NCBI GenBank assembly: GCA_944393275.1
Contig: CALXZQ010000001.1
Coordinates: 1 to 48,045 of the forward strand
Reading direction: 5' to 3'
Source: an uncultured Clostridia bacterium
GTDB taxonomy: Bacteria; Bacillota; Clostridia; TANB77; CAG-508
DNA: 48,045 nt
Under the pieces are notes generated by a model. The model worked only from the letters and a program-made list of their open reading frames with translations, was not told the DNA's origin and searched no databases. Positions 8,437 through 18,900 of the stretch are shown here, piece after piece (within the stretch, counting starts at the first letter, position 1; every line of letters begins with the position of its first letter). The position numbers and the translations under genes are program-made.

Positions 8437-10178
8437 TTATTTTCATCATTTTTTATATTAACATTATTTCCATAACGTTTAATTTTTTGAGTTGTAGTTT
8501 TTTCAAACTCTTTATCTTTTATTATAAAGCTTTTAATATGTTTATAATTAGGCAACTTTTTATTAATATTAGATACAATATCACTAATTACAGCCATGAT
8601 TTCGGCTTTTTGAGGCACACTAACTTTTAAGTATTCTTTAATTGCATCAATATTAGGCAATATTTGTGCATTTACATATGTTTCATCATCATTCTCGTAA
8701 TTTAAACCTGTAACTAAGGACTCAGCAATTAAAGGATTTGTATTTAAATAATGTTCTAGCTCTTCTGGATAGATATTTTTCCCATTTTTTGTTACTATGA
8801 CAGTTTTACATCTACCAGTAATATAAAGCCAGCCATCTTCATCTATTCTTCCTAAATCGCCTGTGTAAAACCAACCGTTTTTAAACACTTTCTTAGTAGC
8901 CTCTTCATCATTATAATAACCAAGCATTACATTAGGACCTTTAACTAAAATTTCTCCTTCACCATTTTCATTTGGATTATTAATCATATATTGAACATCA
9001 GGAATAGGAAGTCCAACGGAATTAGGATTTATATAAAAGTCATTATTTCCTGCAACTAAAGGAGAACATTCTGTAAGACCATATCCTTGAAGTGCTCTAA
9101 TTCCTAGTTTGGAAAAATGTTTTACTATATCAGGATTAAGTGGTGCAGCACCAACTATAAATGTGTGAAGTCTTCCACCTAGAGAATTTTTGACCTTTCT
9201 TTTAACAATTGGAAACATTACTTTAGGAATATTATCTAATATATTTGTTCCGCTCTTTTCATACTTAGGTAAAGTTTTAGAAATACTAGATTCTATTTTC
9301 TTTAACATTTTTTCTAATAGAAGAGGTACTGCTAGAAATACAGAAGGCTTGAATTCTTCGATATTTTGGGTTATATGTCTTAGACCTTCACAATAGCTTA
9401 TACATCCACCACTATAAATTACCAAAAGATATCCTAAAGTACATTCATAAGTGTGATGAAGAGGTAAAACAGAAAGTACATGGTCACTTCTTTTTACTTT
9501 TACAATACCATAAGTAGACATTATACATGAGCATATATTTTTATGCGATAAACATACCCCCTTAGCCTTTCCAGTTGTACCAGATGTAAACAAGATTATA
9601 TGCATTTCATCAGGATTAATATTTATATCATCAAAATTTGTATCTCCATTTTTAATGAGATTATTTCCATATTCTAATAGTGAAGAAAAAGATTTCCATT
9701 TATCGGTATCTTCATTACAATCAAAATTAATTTTTAAGATGCTCTTGTTATTAAATTTATCTATATTGTCATTTATTAGATTTATATATTTTTCATCGCC
9801 TAAAATAACTTCAGCATTAGAACTATTCATGAAATTAGAAATATCGTCAATATATAATTCCTTATCTATAGGAACAACAATTCCAACAATAACTGAAGCA
9901 AGATAAGAAACTGCCCAATTGTAACTGTTCTTTCCAATAACGGCGATTCTAGCATCTTTAAAACCTAATTTAATAAGAGCTGAACCTAGAGATTTTACAT
10001 CATTTTTAAATTGGCTATAATTTACTGTATAGATTTTTCCATTAGAATCTTTTAATTCAAAGGCTTTTCTAAATTCATATTTTTTTGCAGATTTATATAA
10101 CAAATCTTTTAGATCTGATACAAAAGTGCGTTTATGAAATTTTTTTTGTAATTTTTCTGAAAGACTTTTTTTACTCAT
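8433..10178 (-). CDS. AMP-dependent synthetase/ligase (long-chain fatty acid--CoA ligase-like)
   Basis: 581 aa with the AMP-binding signature FTSGTTGKAKGV, and YGLTE and GWFYTGD blocks. Confidence 0.85.
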   Translation of the reverse strand: MSKKSLSEKLQKKFHKRTFVSDLKDLLYKSAKKYEFRKAFELKDSNGKIYTVNYSQFKNDVKSLGSALIKLGFKDARIAVIGKNSYNWAVSYLASVIVGIVVPIDKELYIDDISNFMNSSNAEVILGDEKYINLINDNIDKFNNKSILKINFDCNEDTDKWKSFSSLLEYGNNLIKNGDTNFDDININPDEMHIILFTSGTTGKAKGVCLSHKNICSCIMSTYGIVKVKRSDHVLSVLPLHHTYECTLGYLLVIYSGGCISYCEGLRHITQNIEEFKPSVFLAVPLLLEKMLKKIESSISKTLPKYEKSGTNILDNIPKVMFPIVKRKVKNSLGGRLHTFIVGAAPLNPDIVKHFSKLGIRALQGYGLTECSPLVAGNNDFYINPNSVGLPIPDVQYMINNPNENGEGEILVKGPNVMLGYYNDEEATKKVFKNGWFYTGDLGRIDEDGWLYITGRCKTVIVTKNGKNIYPEELEHYLNTNPLIAESLVTGLNYENDDETYVNAQILPNIDAIKEYLKVSVPQKAEIMAVISDIVSNINKKLPNYKHIKSFIIKDKEFEKTTTQKIKRYGNNVNIKNDENK

Positions 10179-10422
10179 AATTTAAATCCTTTCATATAAA
10201 ATATATTAATATGATATACTAAAAATATAAATTTATCAATAAATGTAACACCATTAATGAAATAAAAAATAATTTAAAAAGTTTAAATTTAGGCAAAAAA
10301 AGTTTTTTTATATAAAAATATTTTTAAAATATTAATAAAAATAAAAAAAAAGGTGCAAAACTAATATGTTTTATGATAGAATATGTAAAGATTAAAATTT
10401 GTTAAGGGGAGAGTGTTAAACT

Positions 10423-11133
10423 GTGAGCGATAAAATGCCATATAAAAGAGTATTATTAAAGCTTAGTGGAGAAGTATTAGCAGGAGAACAAAAGACAGGT
10501 GTAAATACAGAAGTAGTTGGAAAATTATGTGACGAAATAAAAAAAGTTGTTGAACTAGGTGTTCAAGTTGCGATAGTAGTTGGTGGAGGAAACTTTTGGA
10601 GAGGAAGATATGGACATGAAATGGAAAGAACTACGGCAGACTATATGGGAATGCTAGCTACAGCAATGAATGGACTTGCACTTCAGGATGCATTAGAAGC
10701 TAGAGGGGTATACACAAGAGTGCAAACAGCCATCGAAATGAGAGAAATAGCTGAACCATATATTAAAAGAAAAGCATTAAAGCATCTAGAAAAAGGAAGA
10801 GTCGTAATATTTGCATGTGGAACAGGAAATCCATATTTTACAACAGATACAGCAGCTGCATTAAGAGCAGCCGAGATAGATGCAGATGTTATATTATTAG
10901 GAAAATCTATTGATGCTGTATATTCAGCAGATCCACAAAAAGATAGTTCAGCAGTTAAATACGATCAAATAACATATTTGGATATACTAAATAAAGATTT
11001 AAAAGTTATGGACTCTACAGCAACATCACTTTGTAGAGATAATGATATACCTTTAATAGTATTTGGAATATCAGATCCAAAGAATATTACACGAGTTATT
11101 AAAGGTGAAAAATTAGGAACAATAGTAAAATAA
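10423..11133 (+). CDS. pyrH: UMP kinase
   Basis: 236 aa with LKLSGE and [13 protein letters not shown] start lies 9 nt after GGGGAGAG. Confidence 0.95.
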   Translation: MSDKMPYKRVLLKLSGEVLAGEQKTGVNTEVVGKLCDEIKKVVELGVQVAIVVGGGNFWRGRYGHEMERTTADYMGMLATAMNGLALQDALEARGVYTRVQTAIEMREIAEPYIKRKALKHLEKGRVVIFACGTGNPYFTTDTAAALRAAEIDADVILLGKSIDAVYSADPQKDSSAVKYDQITYLDILNKDLKVMDSTATSLCRDNDIPLIVFGISDPKNITRVIKGEKLGTIVK

Positions 11134-11148
11134 AAGGAGATATGAAAA

Positions 11149-11697
11149 ATGGATTATTCAAATTTAAAAGAAAAAATGGAAAAGACAATTAGTGTTTTAG
11201 AACAAAATTTATCAGAAGTTAGAGCAGGAAGAGCTAATCCTGCAATATTAAATAGAGTAAAAATAGATTATTATGGAACACCAACACCAATTAATCAAAT
11301 AGCAGGAATATCAGTTCCAGAAGCTAGATTGATAGTAATTCAACCTTGGGATATTAGTGTACTAAAAGAGATAGAAAAAGCAATTTTAGCATCAGATATA
11401 GGATTAAATCCAAATAATGATGGAAAAGTTATAAGATTGAATTTCCCTGAATTAACAGAAGAAAGAAGAAAAGAATTGGCAAAAGACATTAAGAAGACTG
11501 CTGAAGAATCAAAAGTTGCAATTCGTGCTATTAGAAGAGATGGACTAGATGAATTCAAAGCAAAACAAAAAAATTCAGAAATAACAGAAGATGATCTAAA
11601 GAATGCAGAAACAGAAATACAAAAGTTAACAGATAAATATATAGCTGAAATTGATGATATACTATCAAGAAAAGAAAAAGAAATAATGTCTATATAA
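11149..11697 (+). CDS. frr: ribosome recycling factor
   Basis: 182 aa with the typical RRF sequence (VRAGRANPAIL, IRRDG). Confidence 0.95.
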   Translation: MDYSNLKEKMEKTISVLEQNLSEVRAGRANPAILNRVKIDYYGTPTPINQIAGISVPEARLIVIQPWDISVLKEIEKAILASDIGLNPNNDGKVIRLNFPELTEERRKELAKDIKKTAEESKVAIRAIRRDGLDEFKAKQKNSEITEDDLKNAETEIQKLTDKYIAEIDDILSRKEKEIMSI

Positions 11698-11718
11698 ATA
11701 AATTGAAGTGGTGAAATT

Positions 11719-12606
11719 ATGGAATTTAAAGAAACTATTAAAAAATATCAAGAGATTGTAAATAATGAACTAAAGAAATATATAATAACAAAAGATTGTC
11801 CAGAAAGGCTATTAAATGAGTCAATGGCTTATAGTCTAATGGCTGGAGGAAAAAGGTTAAGACCAATATTAACTATACAAACATATTTACTTTTTAAAAA
11901 AGATTATGAGAAATGTTTTCCATATATTGTTGCAATAGAGATGATTCATAATTTCTCACTTATACATGATGACTTACCAGGAATTGATAATGATGATTTT
12001 AGACATGGAAAACCTACAAATCATAAAAAATTTAATGAAGCAACAGCCATACTTGCAGGAGATGGCTTATTAAATAAAGCATATATGATAATTAGCCAAG
12101 ACTTGGCAAAAACTAAAGATCCACGAGAATTAGATCTAAAAATAAGGGCATTTGGAGAATTAGCAAGAGCCATAGATAGATTGATTGCTGGAGAGCATGT
12201 CGATACTGAATATGAAGGTAAAGAAATATCTAGTGAGTATTTAGAGTATATTCATAAAAATAAGACAGGAGAATTCCTAAAAGCTTCTATGTTGATAGGT
12301 GCAATTTTGGCAGATGCTAATGAAGAACAGATAAAAAATTTAAGTAAATATGCAGATATAGTTGGCCTAACTTTTCAGATTAGAGACGATATTCTATCAG
12401 AAATAGGTAACCCTAATATACTAGGAAAACCTGTAGGAAATGACAAAGAAAAAGGAAAGTGTACATATGTTACTAAGTATGGACTAGAGAAAGCACAAAT
12501 AATATTGGAAGAATTAACTAATGAAGCAATTGATTTAGCACAGAAATATAATAATGGAGAATTTTTTAAAGAATTCGCAATATATATTAAAAATAGAGAA
12601 AAATAA
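11719..12606 (+). CDS. polyprenyl diphosphate synthase (farnesyl diphosphate synthase-like)
   Basis: 295 aa with both Asp-rich motifs: LIHDDLPGIDNDDFRHG and FQIRDDILS. Confidence 0.85.
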   Translation: MEFKETIKKYQEIVNNELKKYIITKDCPERLLNESMAYSLMAGGKRLRPILTIQTYLLFKKDYEKCFPYIVAIEMIHNFSLIHDDLPGIDNDDFRHGKPTNHKKFNEATAILAGDGLLNKAYMIISQDLAKTKDPRELDLKIRAFGELARAIDRLIAGEHVDTEYEGKEISSEYLEYIHKNKTGEFLKASMLIGAILADANEEQIKNLSKYADIVGLTFQIRDDILSEIGNPNILGKPVGNDKEKGKCTYVTKYGLEKAQIILEELTNEAIDLAQKYNNGEFFKEFAIYIKNREK

Positions 12607-12626
12607 AGAGGATGATTGGAGAAAAA

Positions 12627-13337
12627 ATGGATAAGAATTTAGAAATGCCAGAACATATTGCAATTATTATGGATGGAAACAGGAGATGGGCAAGAGAACA
12701 TAATTTAGACCCAAAACAAGGGCACAAAGAAGGAGCAAAAACATTAGAAAAAGTAGTGAGATATGCCAATAAGATAGGAATAAAATATATTACAGTATAT
12801 GCCTTTTCGACTGAAAACTGGAAGAGAACAGAAGATGAGGTAGGAGCATTAATGCTACTTATGCAAACATACTTAGATGATTATAGTAAAAGAGCAGATA
12901 CAGAAAACATAAAAGTAAAAATAATAGGTGACCTTACAAGACTTCCTCAAGGAACGCAAAAAAGTATGGCAAAATGTATAGAGAGAACAAAAAATAACAC
13001 AGGTATTACTTTTAATATTGCTGTTAATTATGGTGGAAGAGATGAAATTGTAAAAGCTGTAAAATCTATAGCAAGTAGCGTAAAAGAAGGAAGGGTAAAT
13101 GTAGAAGATATAGATGAAAAAATGATATCTGATAATTTGTATACTGCAGGGCAACCAGATCCAGATTTACTTATAAGAACAAGTGGAGAATTAAGAACTA
13201 GTAATTTCTTACCTTGGCAATTAGTTTATTCAGAATTCATATTTGTAAATAAACATTGGCCAGATTTTGCAGAAGAAGACCTAGACATGGCGATAGAAGA
13301 ATACAAAAAGAGAAACAGAAAATTCGGAGGAAAGTAA
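12627..13337 (+). CDS. uppS: isoprenyl transferase (undecaprenyl diphosphate synthase)
   Basis: IIMDGNRRWA, FSTENWKR and IRTSGELRTSNFLPWQ. ATG 12627 has a better-spaced GGAG than the track start at 12612. Confidence 0.93.
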   Translation: MDKNLEMPEHIAIIMDGNRRWAREHNLDPKQGHKEGAKTLEKVVRYANKIGIKYITVYAFSTENWKRTEDEVGALMLLMQTYLDDYSKRADTENIKVKIIGDLTRLPQGTQKSMAKCIERTKNNTGITFNIAVNYGGRDEIVKAVKSIASSVKEGRVNVEDIDEKMISDNLYTAGQPDPDLLIRTSGELRTSNFLPWQLVYSEFIFVNKHWPDFAEEDLDMAIEEYKKRNRKFGGK

Positions 13338-13342
13338 ATTTT

Positions 13343-14158
13343 ATGAACAATATAACAAGAGTATTAACTGGAGTAATAGGATTTCCAATAGTAGCTTTGT
13401 TTTTAATATTTGGAAATGAAATTTTAATAGATATAGCTTTTGCTATTATTGCTGTAATGAGCCTACACGAATATTATAAAGCATTTAAAAGTAGTGAAAA
13501 AGCAAAACCGGTAACATACATAGGATATATAGCTTGTAGCTTAATTGCAACAATACATATAATACCAAATGAATATATAATAAATATAATTGGAATATTA
13601 ATACCAATATTTTTATTAATATTATTCTTTGAAGGTATAATAACAAATATGAAAACAAATATTATGGATATAGCAGTTACAATACTTGGAATTTGTTATA
13701 TACCACTATTTATAATGTTTATTCCGTTGCTTAGAGGAATTGAAAATGGACAATTTTTAGTTTGGTATATAATTTTATCAGCTTGGGGAACAGATATATT
13801 TGCATTTATAGTAGGTAAATTAATGGGAAAACATAAATTTACCCAAATTAGTCCACATAAGACGATAGAGGGGTGCGTAGGAGGAATCTTAGGTTCAGTA
13901 ATAATGAACTTGGTTTATACAGTAATTATAAATTTAGTATTCCAATTAGGTATATCATATGTGAGCATAACTGTTTTAGCAGTAATTTTAAGTATTTTAT
14001 CACAAGTAGGAGACTTAGCTGCATCGTCTATAAAAAGATATGTTGGAATTAAAGATTTTAGCAATCTTCTACCAGGACATGGAGGTATGCTAGATAGAAT
14101 AGATAGCCTTATATTTATAGCTCCTTTTGCATTCTATTTATTAAAGTTATTTGCATAA
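13343..14158 (+). CDS. cdsA: phosphatidate cytidylyltransferase
   Basis: Signature SSIKRYVGIKDFSNLLPGHGGMLDRIDS in a polytopic membrane protein. ATG 13343 follows GGAGGA. The track start at 13256 overlaps uppS. Confidence 0.92.
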   Translation: MNNITRVLTGVIGFPIVALFLIFGNEILIDIAFAIIAVMSLHEYYKAFKSSEKAKPVTYIGYIACSLIATIHIIPNEYIINIIGILIPIFLLILFFEGIITNMKTNIMDIAVTILGICYIPLFIMFIPLLRGIENGQFLVWYIILSAWGTDIFAFIVGKLMGKHKFTQISPHKTIEGCVGGILGSVIMNLVYTVIINLVFQLGISYVSITVLAVILSILSQVGDLAASSIKRYVGIKDFSNLLPGHGGMLDRIDSLIFIAPFAFYLLKLFA

Positions 14159-14174
14159 TTTAGGAGGAAAAGTT

Positions 14175-15434
14175 TTGATTAGTTTTATATTAAGTGCAGT
14201 AAAAATAGTTTTTTTATTGGGTTTTCTTATATTAATACATGAAGGTGGGCATTTTTTAGTTGCAAAATTGTGTAAAATTAAGGTAAATGAGTTTGCAATA
14301 GGGTTTGGACCAACAATATGGAAGAAACAGGGAAAAGAAACAAGATATGCGATTAGGCTGTTTCCATTAGGTGGATTTGTAAGTATGGAAGGAGAAGAAA
14401 AACGAGTAGACTCAGAAAGGTCTTTTAACAATGCAAGTATTCCCAAAAGAATGGCAGTAGTAGTAGCAGGTGCCACAGTAAATATTATATTTGGAACAAT
14501 ATTATATTTTTCTGTAACATCAGTTACAACTGAACATATATCAACTACAGTAGACACACTATATGGAGACAATGCATCTTCTGTATTACAAGCAGGAGAT
14601 GAAATATTAAAAATTAATGATAAAAAAATTTGGACTAAAATAGACGTAGAAGACATTATGGAATCACAAAATGGAGAAGATTTAAAGCTATTAATAAAAA
14701 GAAATGGTGAAAACAAAGAAATTATGTTGTCACCTTTAGAAGTACCAACAAAGTTAACTGGAATATATTTGTCAGCTAAGGAAACTGGCGAAAATGCAAC
14801 TAAAATCGTACAAATGGATAAGGAAGGTAGTGCAGAAAAACAAGGACTTAAAGTAAATGATATAATAAAAAAAGTAAACGGAGTAGATGTTCTAGGAAAT
14901 CAAGAAAAAGTTATTGAGCAAATAAATAATAGTTCTGATAGTATAAAACTTCTAATAGAAAGAGATAATGAAGAAATAGAATTTGAACTGATACCAGAAA
15001 TAGTTCCAAAGTACTATTTAGGAGTTGTATTTAGACCTGCTGAGAAAACATTCATAAATAATATGTATTACGGATTTTTTGAAACAAAAGATTTCTTGAA
15101 ATCAATATTTGAAAATTTGAAAATGTTATTTAAAGGAGAAGTAGGACTAGATCAAATGGTAGGTCCTGTTGGAATATCAAATATAGTTTCAAAGACAGCA
15201 GATATATCAGAGTATTTAAGTATGATTGCTTTAGTTTCTCTATCATTAGGGGTAACTAACTTGTTACCAATACCAGCATTAGATGGAGGAAAACTGTTAC
15301 TTCTAATTATAGAAGCAATTAGAAGAAAGCCTTTAAAAGAGGAACTAGAAGTTGGAATTCAATTAGCTGGATTTATGATATTAATAGGCTTATCACTATT
15401 TATAACATATAAAGATATAATAAATATTTTTTAA
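14175..15434 (+). CDS. rseP: RIP metalloprotease RseP/RasP family (site-2 protease)
   Basis: HEGGH zinc motif, PDZ-like middle region and NLLPIPALDGG. TTG 14175 lies 7 nt after AGGAGG and is preferred over TTG 14151. Confidence 0.9.
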   Translation: MISFILSAVKIVFLLGFLILIHEGGHFLVAKLCKIKVNEFAIGFGPTIWKKQGKETRYAIRLFPLGGFVSMEGEEKRVDSERSFNNASIPKRMAVVVAGATVNIIFGTILYFSVTSVTTEHISTTVDTLYGDNASSVLQAGDEILKINDKKIWTKIDVEDIMESQNGEDLKLLIKRNGENKEIMLSPLEVPTKLTGIYLSAKETGENATKIVQMDKEGSAEKQGLKVNDIIKKVNGVDVLGNQEKVIEQINNSSDSIKLLIERDNEEIEFELIPEIVPKYYLGVVFRPAEKTFINNMYYGFFETKDFLKSIFENLKMLFKGEVGLDQMVGPVGISNIVSKTADISEYLSMIALVSLSLGVTNLLPIPALDGGKLLLLIIEAIRRKPLKEELEVGIQLAGFMILIGLSLFITYKDIINIF

Positions 15435-15451
15435 TTTAAAGAGGTAAAAAT

Positions 15452-15937
15452 ATGGAAAAAAGGGAACCAAAATTAGTAATAAAGTCAGAATATAATTATC
15501 TGTATGAATTCCTAGATAGAAATGCTATAACAGTAATAATTTTAATAATATTATTATATATTGCAATTCAGGCAAATATTATTTTGGCATATATTTTAAT
15601 GCTTGGTGTATATATTCTTTTTCTTATTTTAACTACGGTTTATAATAAATTAAAGTATAATGCTAATGTATATAAATTTTATGGAGATAAAATAATTTAT
15701 ACAGATAGTTTTATTAAAAAAGAAACAAAAAGAATAAAGTTTGAAGATATTAAAGAAATTACCGTAAATCAGACGTTTTTACAAAGATTTTTTAAGTTGG
15801 GAACAATTATTATAAGATCAAATTCTGGAACTTTTTTTAATAATGGAATATTAATATTTGGAGTAAAAAATGTTGATGAACAATATAAGAGAATAGAAAA
15901 AATAATAGAAGAATGGCAAGGAAAACGATTAAAATAG
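15452..15937 (+). CDS. membrane protein with bacterial PH (bPH_2/YdbT-like) domain
   Basis: 161 aa with two N-terminal TM helices, then the FEDIKEITVNQTFLQRFFKLGTIIIRS pattern typical of bPH_2. Confidence 0.6.
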   Translation: MEKREPKLVIKSEYNYLYEFLDRNAITVIILIILLYIAIQANIILAYILMLGVYILFLILTTVYNKLKYNANVYKFYGDKIIYTDSFIKKETKRIKFEDIKEITVNQTFLQRFFKLGTIIIRSNSGTFFNNGILIFGVKNVDEQYKRIEKIIEEWQGKRLK

Positions 15938-15949
15938 GAGATAATATAA

Positions 15950-18900
15950 TTGGAAACTTCAGAATCTATAAGAAATATATTTAAGGATTATAAAGATAAT
16001 AATTCAATATTAGATGCAACTATTAAACAAATTAATTTATATAAAAAAGGAAATAAATTAGTGTTAGAAATTAACTCTAATTTATTTATACATTTAAATG
16101 ATATTTTGGCATTTGAAAAATACTTAAAATCTAGATTTAATATTGAAACTGTTGATATAAAAATAAGTTATGCAGAAACTTTAAAAAAGCCTAATATTGA
16201 AGAAGAATGGGAAGAACTAAAAAAGTTTATATCTATGAAATATCCATTAGTAGAAATAATTCTTAAGAATAGTAAAATAGAATTAAATGAAAATACCCTT
16301 ATAATAACTCTGCAAACTAAAGGTATAGATTTTATAAAAGCTAGAAAATTAGATAAAATATTAGAGAATCTTATAAATGACACTTATGGAGAAAAATATA
16401 AAGTAAAATTTGTGGAAAATATTTCAAAAGAATTATTAGATACATTAGAGAGTAAATCTTTAGAAACGCAGAAAAAGATAATAGAAAAGGTTCAAAAAAG
16501 AATTGGAGAACAAGGGGGAAAGAATGAGATACAACCTGAACATCAATTAGTCCCTGAAGAGAAAACAGAATTAAAAGAAAAATCTCCAGTAATATTAGGA
16601 AGAGGAACAAATATTAAAGAGCAAAAAGTAGATATTAGAGATTTATCAGTAGATAGTGGAAGAGTTCTTTTAGATGGTGAAATATTAAGTATGGAATCAA
16701 AAGAAACTAAAAGTGGTAAAGTTTTAATATCATTTAATTTATATGATAAGACAAGCACTATTACATGTAAAGCTTTTACAGTACCTGAAAAAGCAAAAGA
16801 AGTATTAGGACGATTAAAAGATGCCAAAGGTGTAAAACTTGTAGGAAATGCTCAATTTGATACATATACTAAAGAATTAGGTGTTCTTGCAAATACAATT
16901 ATAGAAACACAAGGAATAAAGAAAGAGATAAGACAAGACTTGGCAAGTGAAAAAAGAGTGGAATTACATATGCATACTCAAATGAGCCAAATGGATGGAA
17001 TTTCTTCAGCTAAAGATTTAATAAAAAGAGCAATGAAATGGGGAATGAAATCAATAGCCATAACTGATCATGGAGTAGTACAAGCATTCCCTGAAGCACA
17101 TAAACTATTGGGTGTAGATAATCCAGATATGAAGGTAATATATGGAGTAGAAGCATATTTAGTTCCAGATAATGTAGATGTAGTATCATTTTCTAAAAAT
17201 CAAAATCTAGATACAACATATTGTGTATTAGATTTAGAAACAACAGGAACCTCATTTAGAACTGAAAAAATAACAGAAGTTGGAATAATGAAAGTAAAAA
17301 ATGGAGAAGTAATTGATGAATTCTCTTGTTTTGTAAATCCAGAAAAACCAATACCACCAAAAGTAGTAGAGATAACACAAATAACAGATGATATGGTAAA
17401 AGATGCGGATACTATAGAAAAGGTATTTCCTAGAATATTAGAATTTATTGGAGATTCTGTGTTAGTTGCACATAATGCAGATTTTGATATTGGATTTTTA
17501 AAGTATAATGCGGGACAATTAGGATATAGATTAGAAAATACATACATAGATACATTAAGATTAGCAAAAGACTTATTTCCTGAATATAAAAAATATAAGT
17601 TAGGGATTATTGCAGAAAACTTAGGAATTAAGGTAGATGTAGCTCATAGGGCCTTAGATGATGTTGATACCACGGTAAAAGTGTTTAATATTATGCTTAA
17701 TATGTTAAAGGAGAGAAATGTAAAAACATTAGATGATATTTCTAAAAAAATATCAGGAGAGGCAGATTATAGAAAACTACCAAGTTATCATGCTATTATA
17801 TTAGCACAAAACTATGTAGGACTTAGAAATTTATATAAACTAATTTCGATATCACATTTAAATTATTTTTATAAAAAGCCTAGGATATTAAAATCAATAT
17901 ACAAAAAATATTCTGAAGGACTTATATTAGGTAGCGCGTGTGAACAAGGTGAACTATATAGAGCTATTGTCGCAGGAAAGACAGATGAAGAGGTAGAAGA
18001 AATAGCAAAAGACTATGATTATTTAGAAATTCAACCTCTTGGAAACAATATGTTTATGGTTAGAGATGGTACAGTGCAGGATGTTGAAGAATTAAAAAAT
18101 ATAAATAGAAAAATTGTAGCTTTAGGAGAAAAACTTGATAAATTAGTAGTAGCTACTTGTGATGTTCACTTTTTAGATCCACAAGATGAGATATATAGAA
18201 GAATATTAATGGCAGGACAAGGGTATGATGATGCTGATGAGCAAGCACCATTGTATTTAAGGACAACGGAAGAAATGCTAGAAGAATTTAGTTATTTAGG
18301 AGAGGAAAAAGCATATGAAGTTGTTGTAACAAATACAAATAAAGTATCAGATATGTGTGAACAAATAAGTCCAATATCTCCTGAAAAATGTCCACCACAC
18401 ATTCCAGGATGTGAAGAGACAATAAAAACTATAGCATATAATAAGGCGCATGAATTATACGGAGAAAATCTACCAGAAATAGTAGAAAAAAGATTGGAAA
18501 AAGAACTAAATTCAATTATAAAGAATGGATTCTCAGTTATGTATATTATAGCTCAGAAATTGGTTTGGAAATCAAATGAAGATGGATATATAGTAGGATC
18601 AAGAGGTTCAGTTGGTTCTTCATTTGTAGCAAATATGACTGGAATAACGGAAGTTAATTCACTACCGCCACATTATAGATGCCCTAAATGTAAATATTCG
18701 GACTTTACAGATTATGGATTTAAAAATGGATTTGATTTACCTGACAAAAAATGTCCTAATTGTGGAGAAAATTTAGCAAAAGATGGAATGGATATACCAT
18801 TTGAAACCTTCTTAGGTTTTGATGGAGATAAAGAGCCTGATATAGATTTAAACTTTTCAGGAGAATACCAAGCAAAAGCTCATAAATATACAGAAGTAAT

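Noticed and set aside
14147-14716. Long antisense ORFs in the track (14147-14716, 20971-21651, 23219-23701, 19828-20253, 17200-17547, 37727-38113, 35578-35952, 45768-46091 and similar).
   Set aside because: Each lies fully inside a well-supported gene on the other strand. They have low-complexity, Ser/Phe/Ile-rich translations with no RBS, as expected from antisense frames of AT-rich coding DNA.
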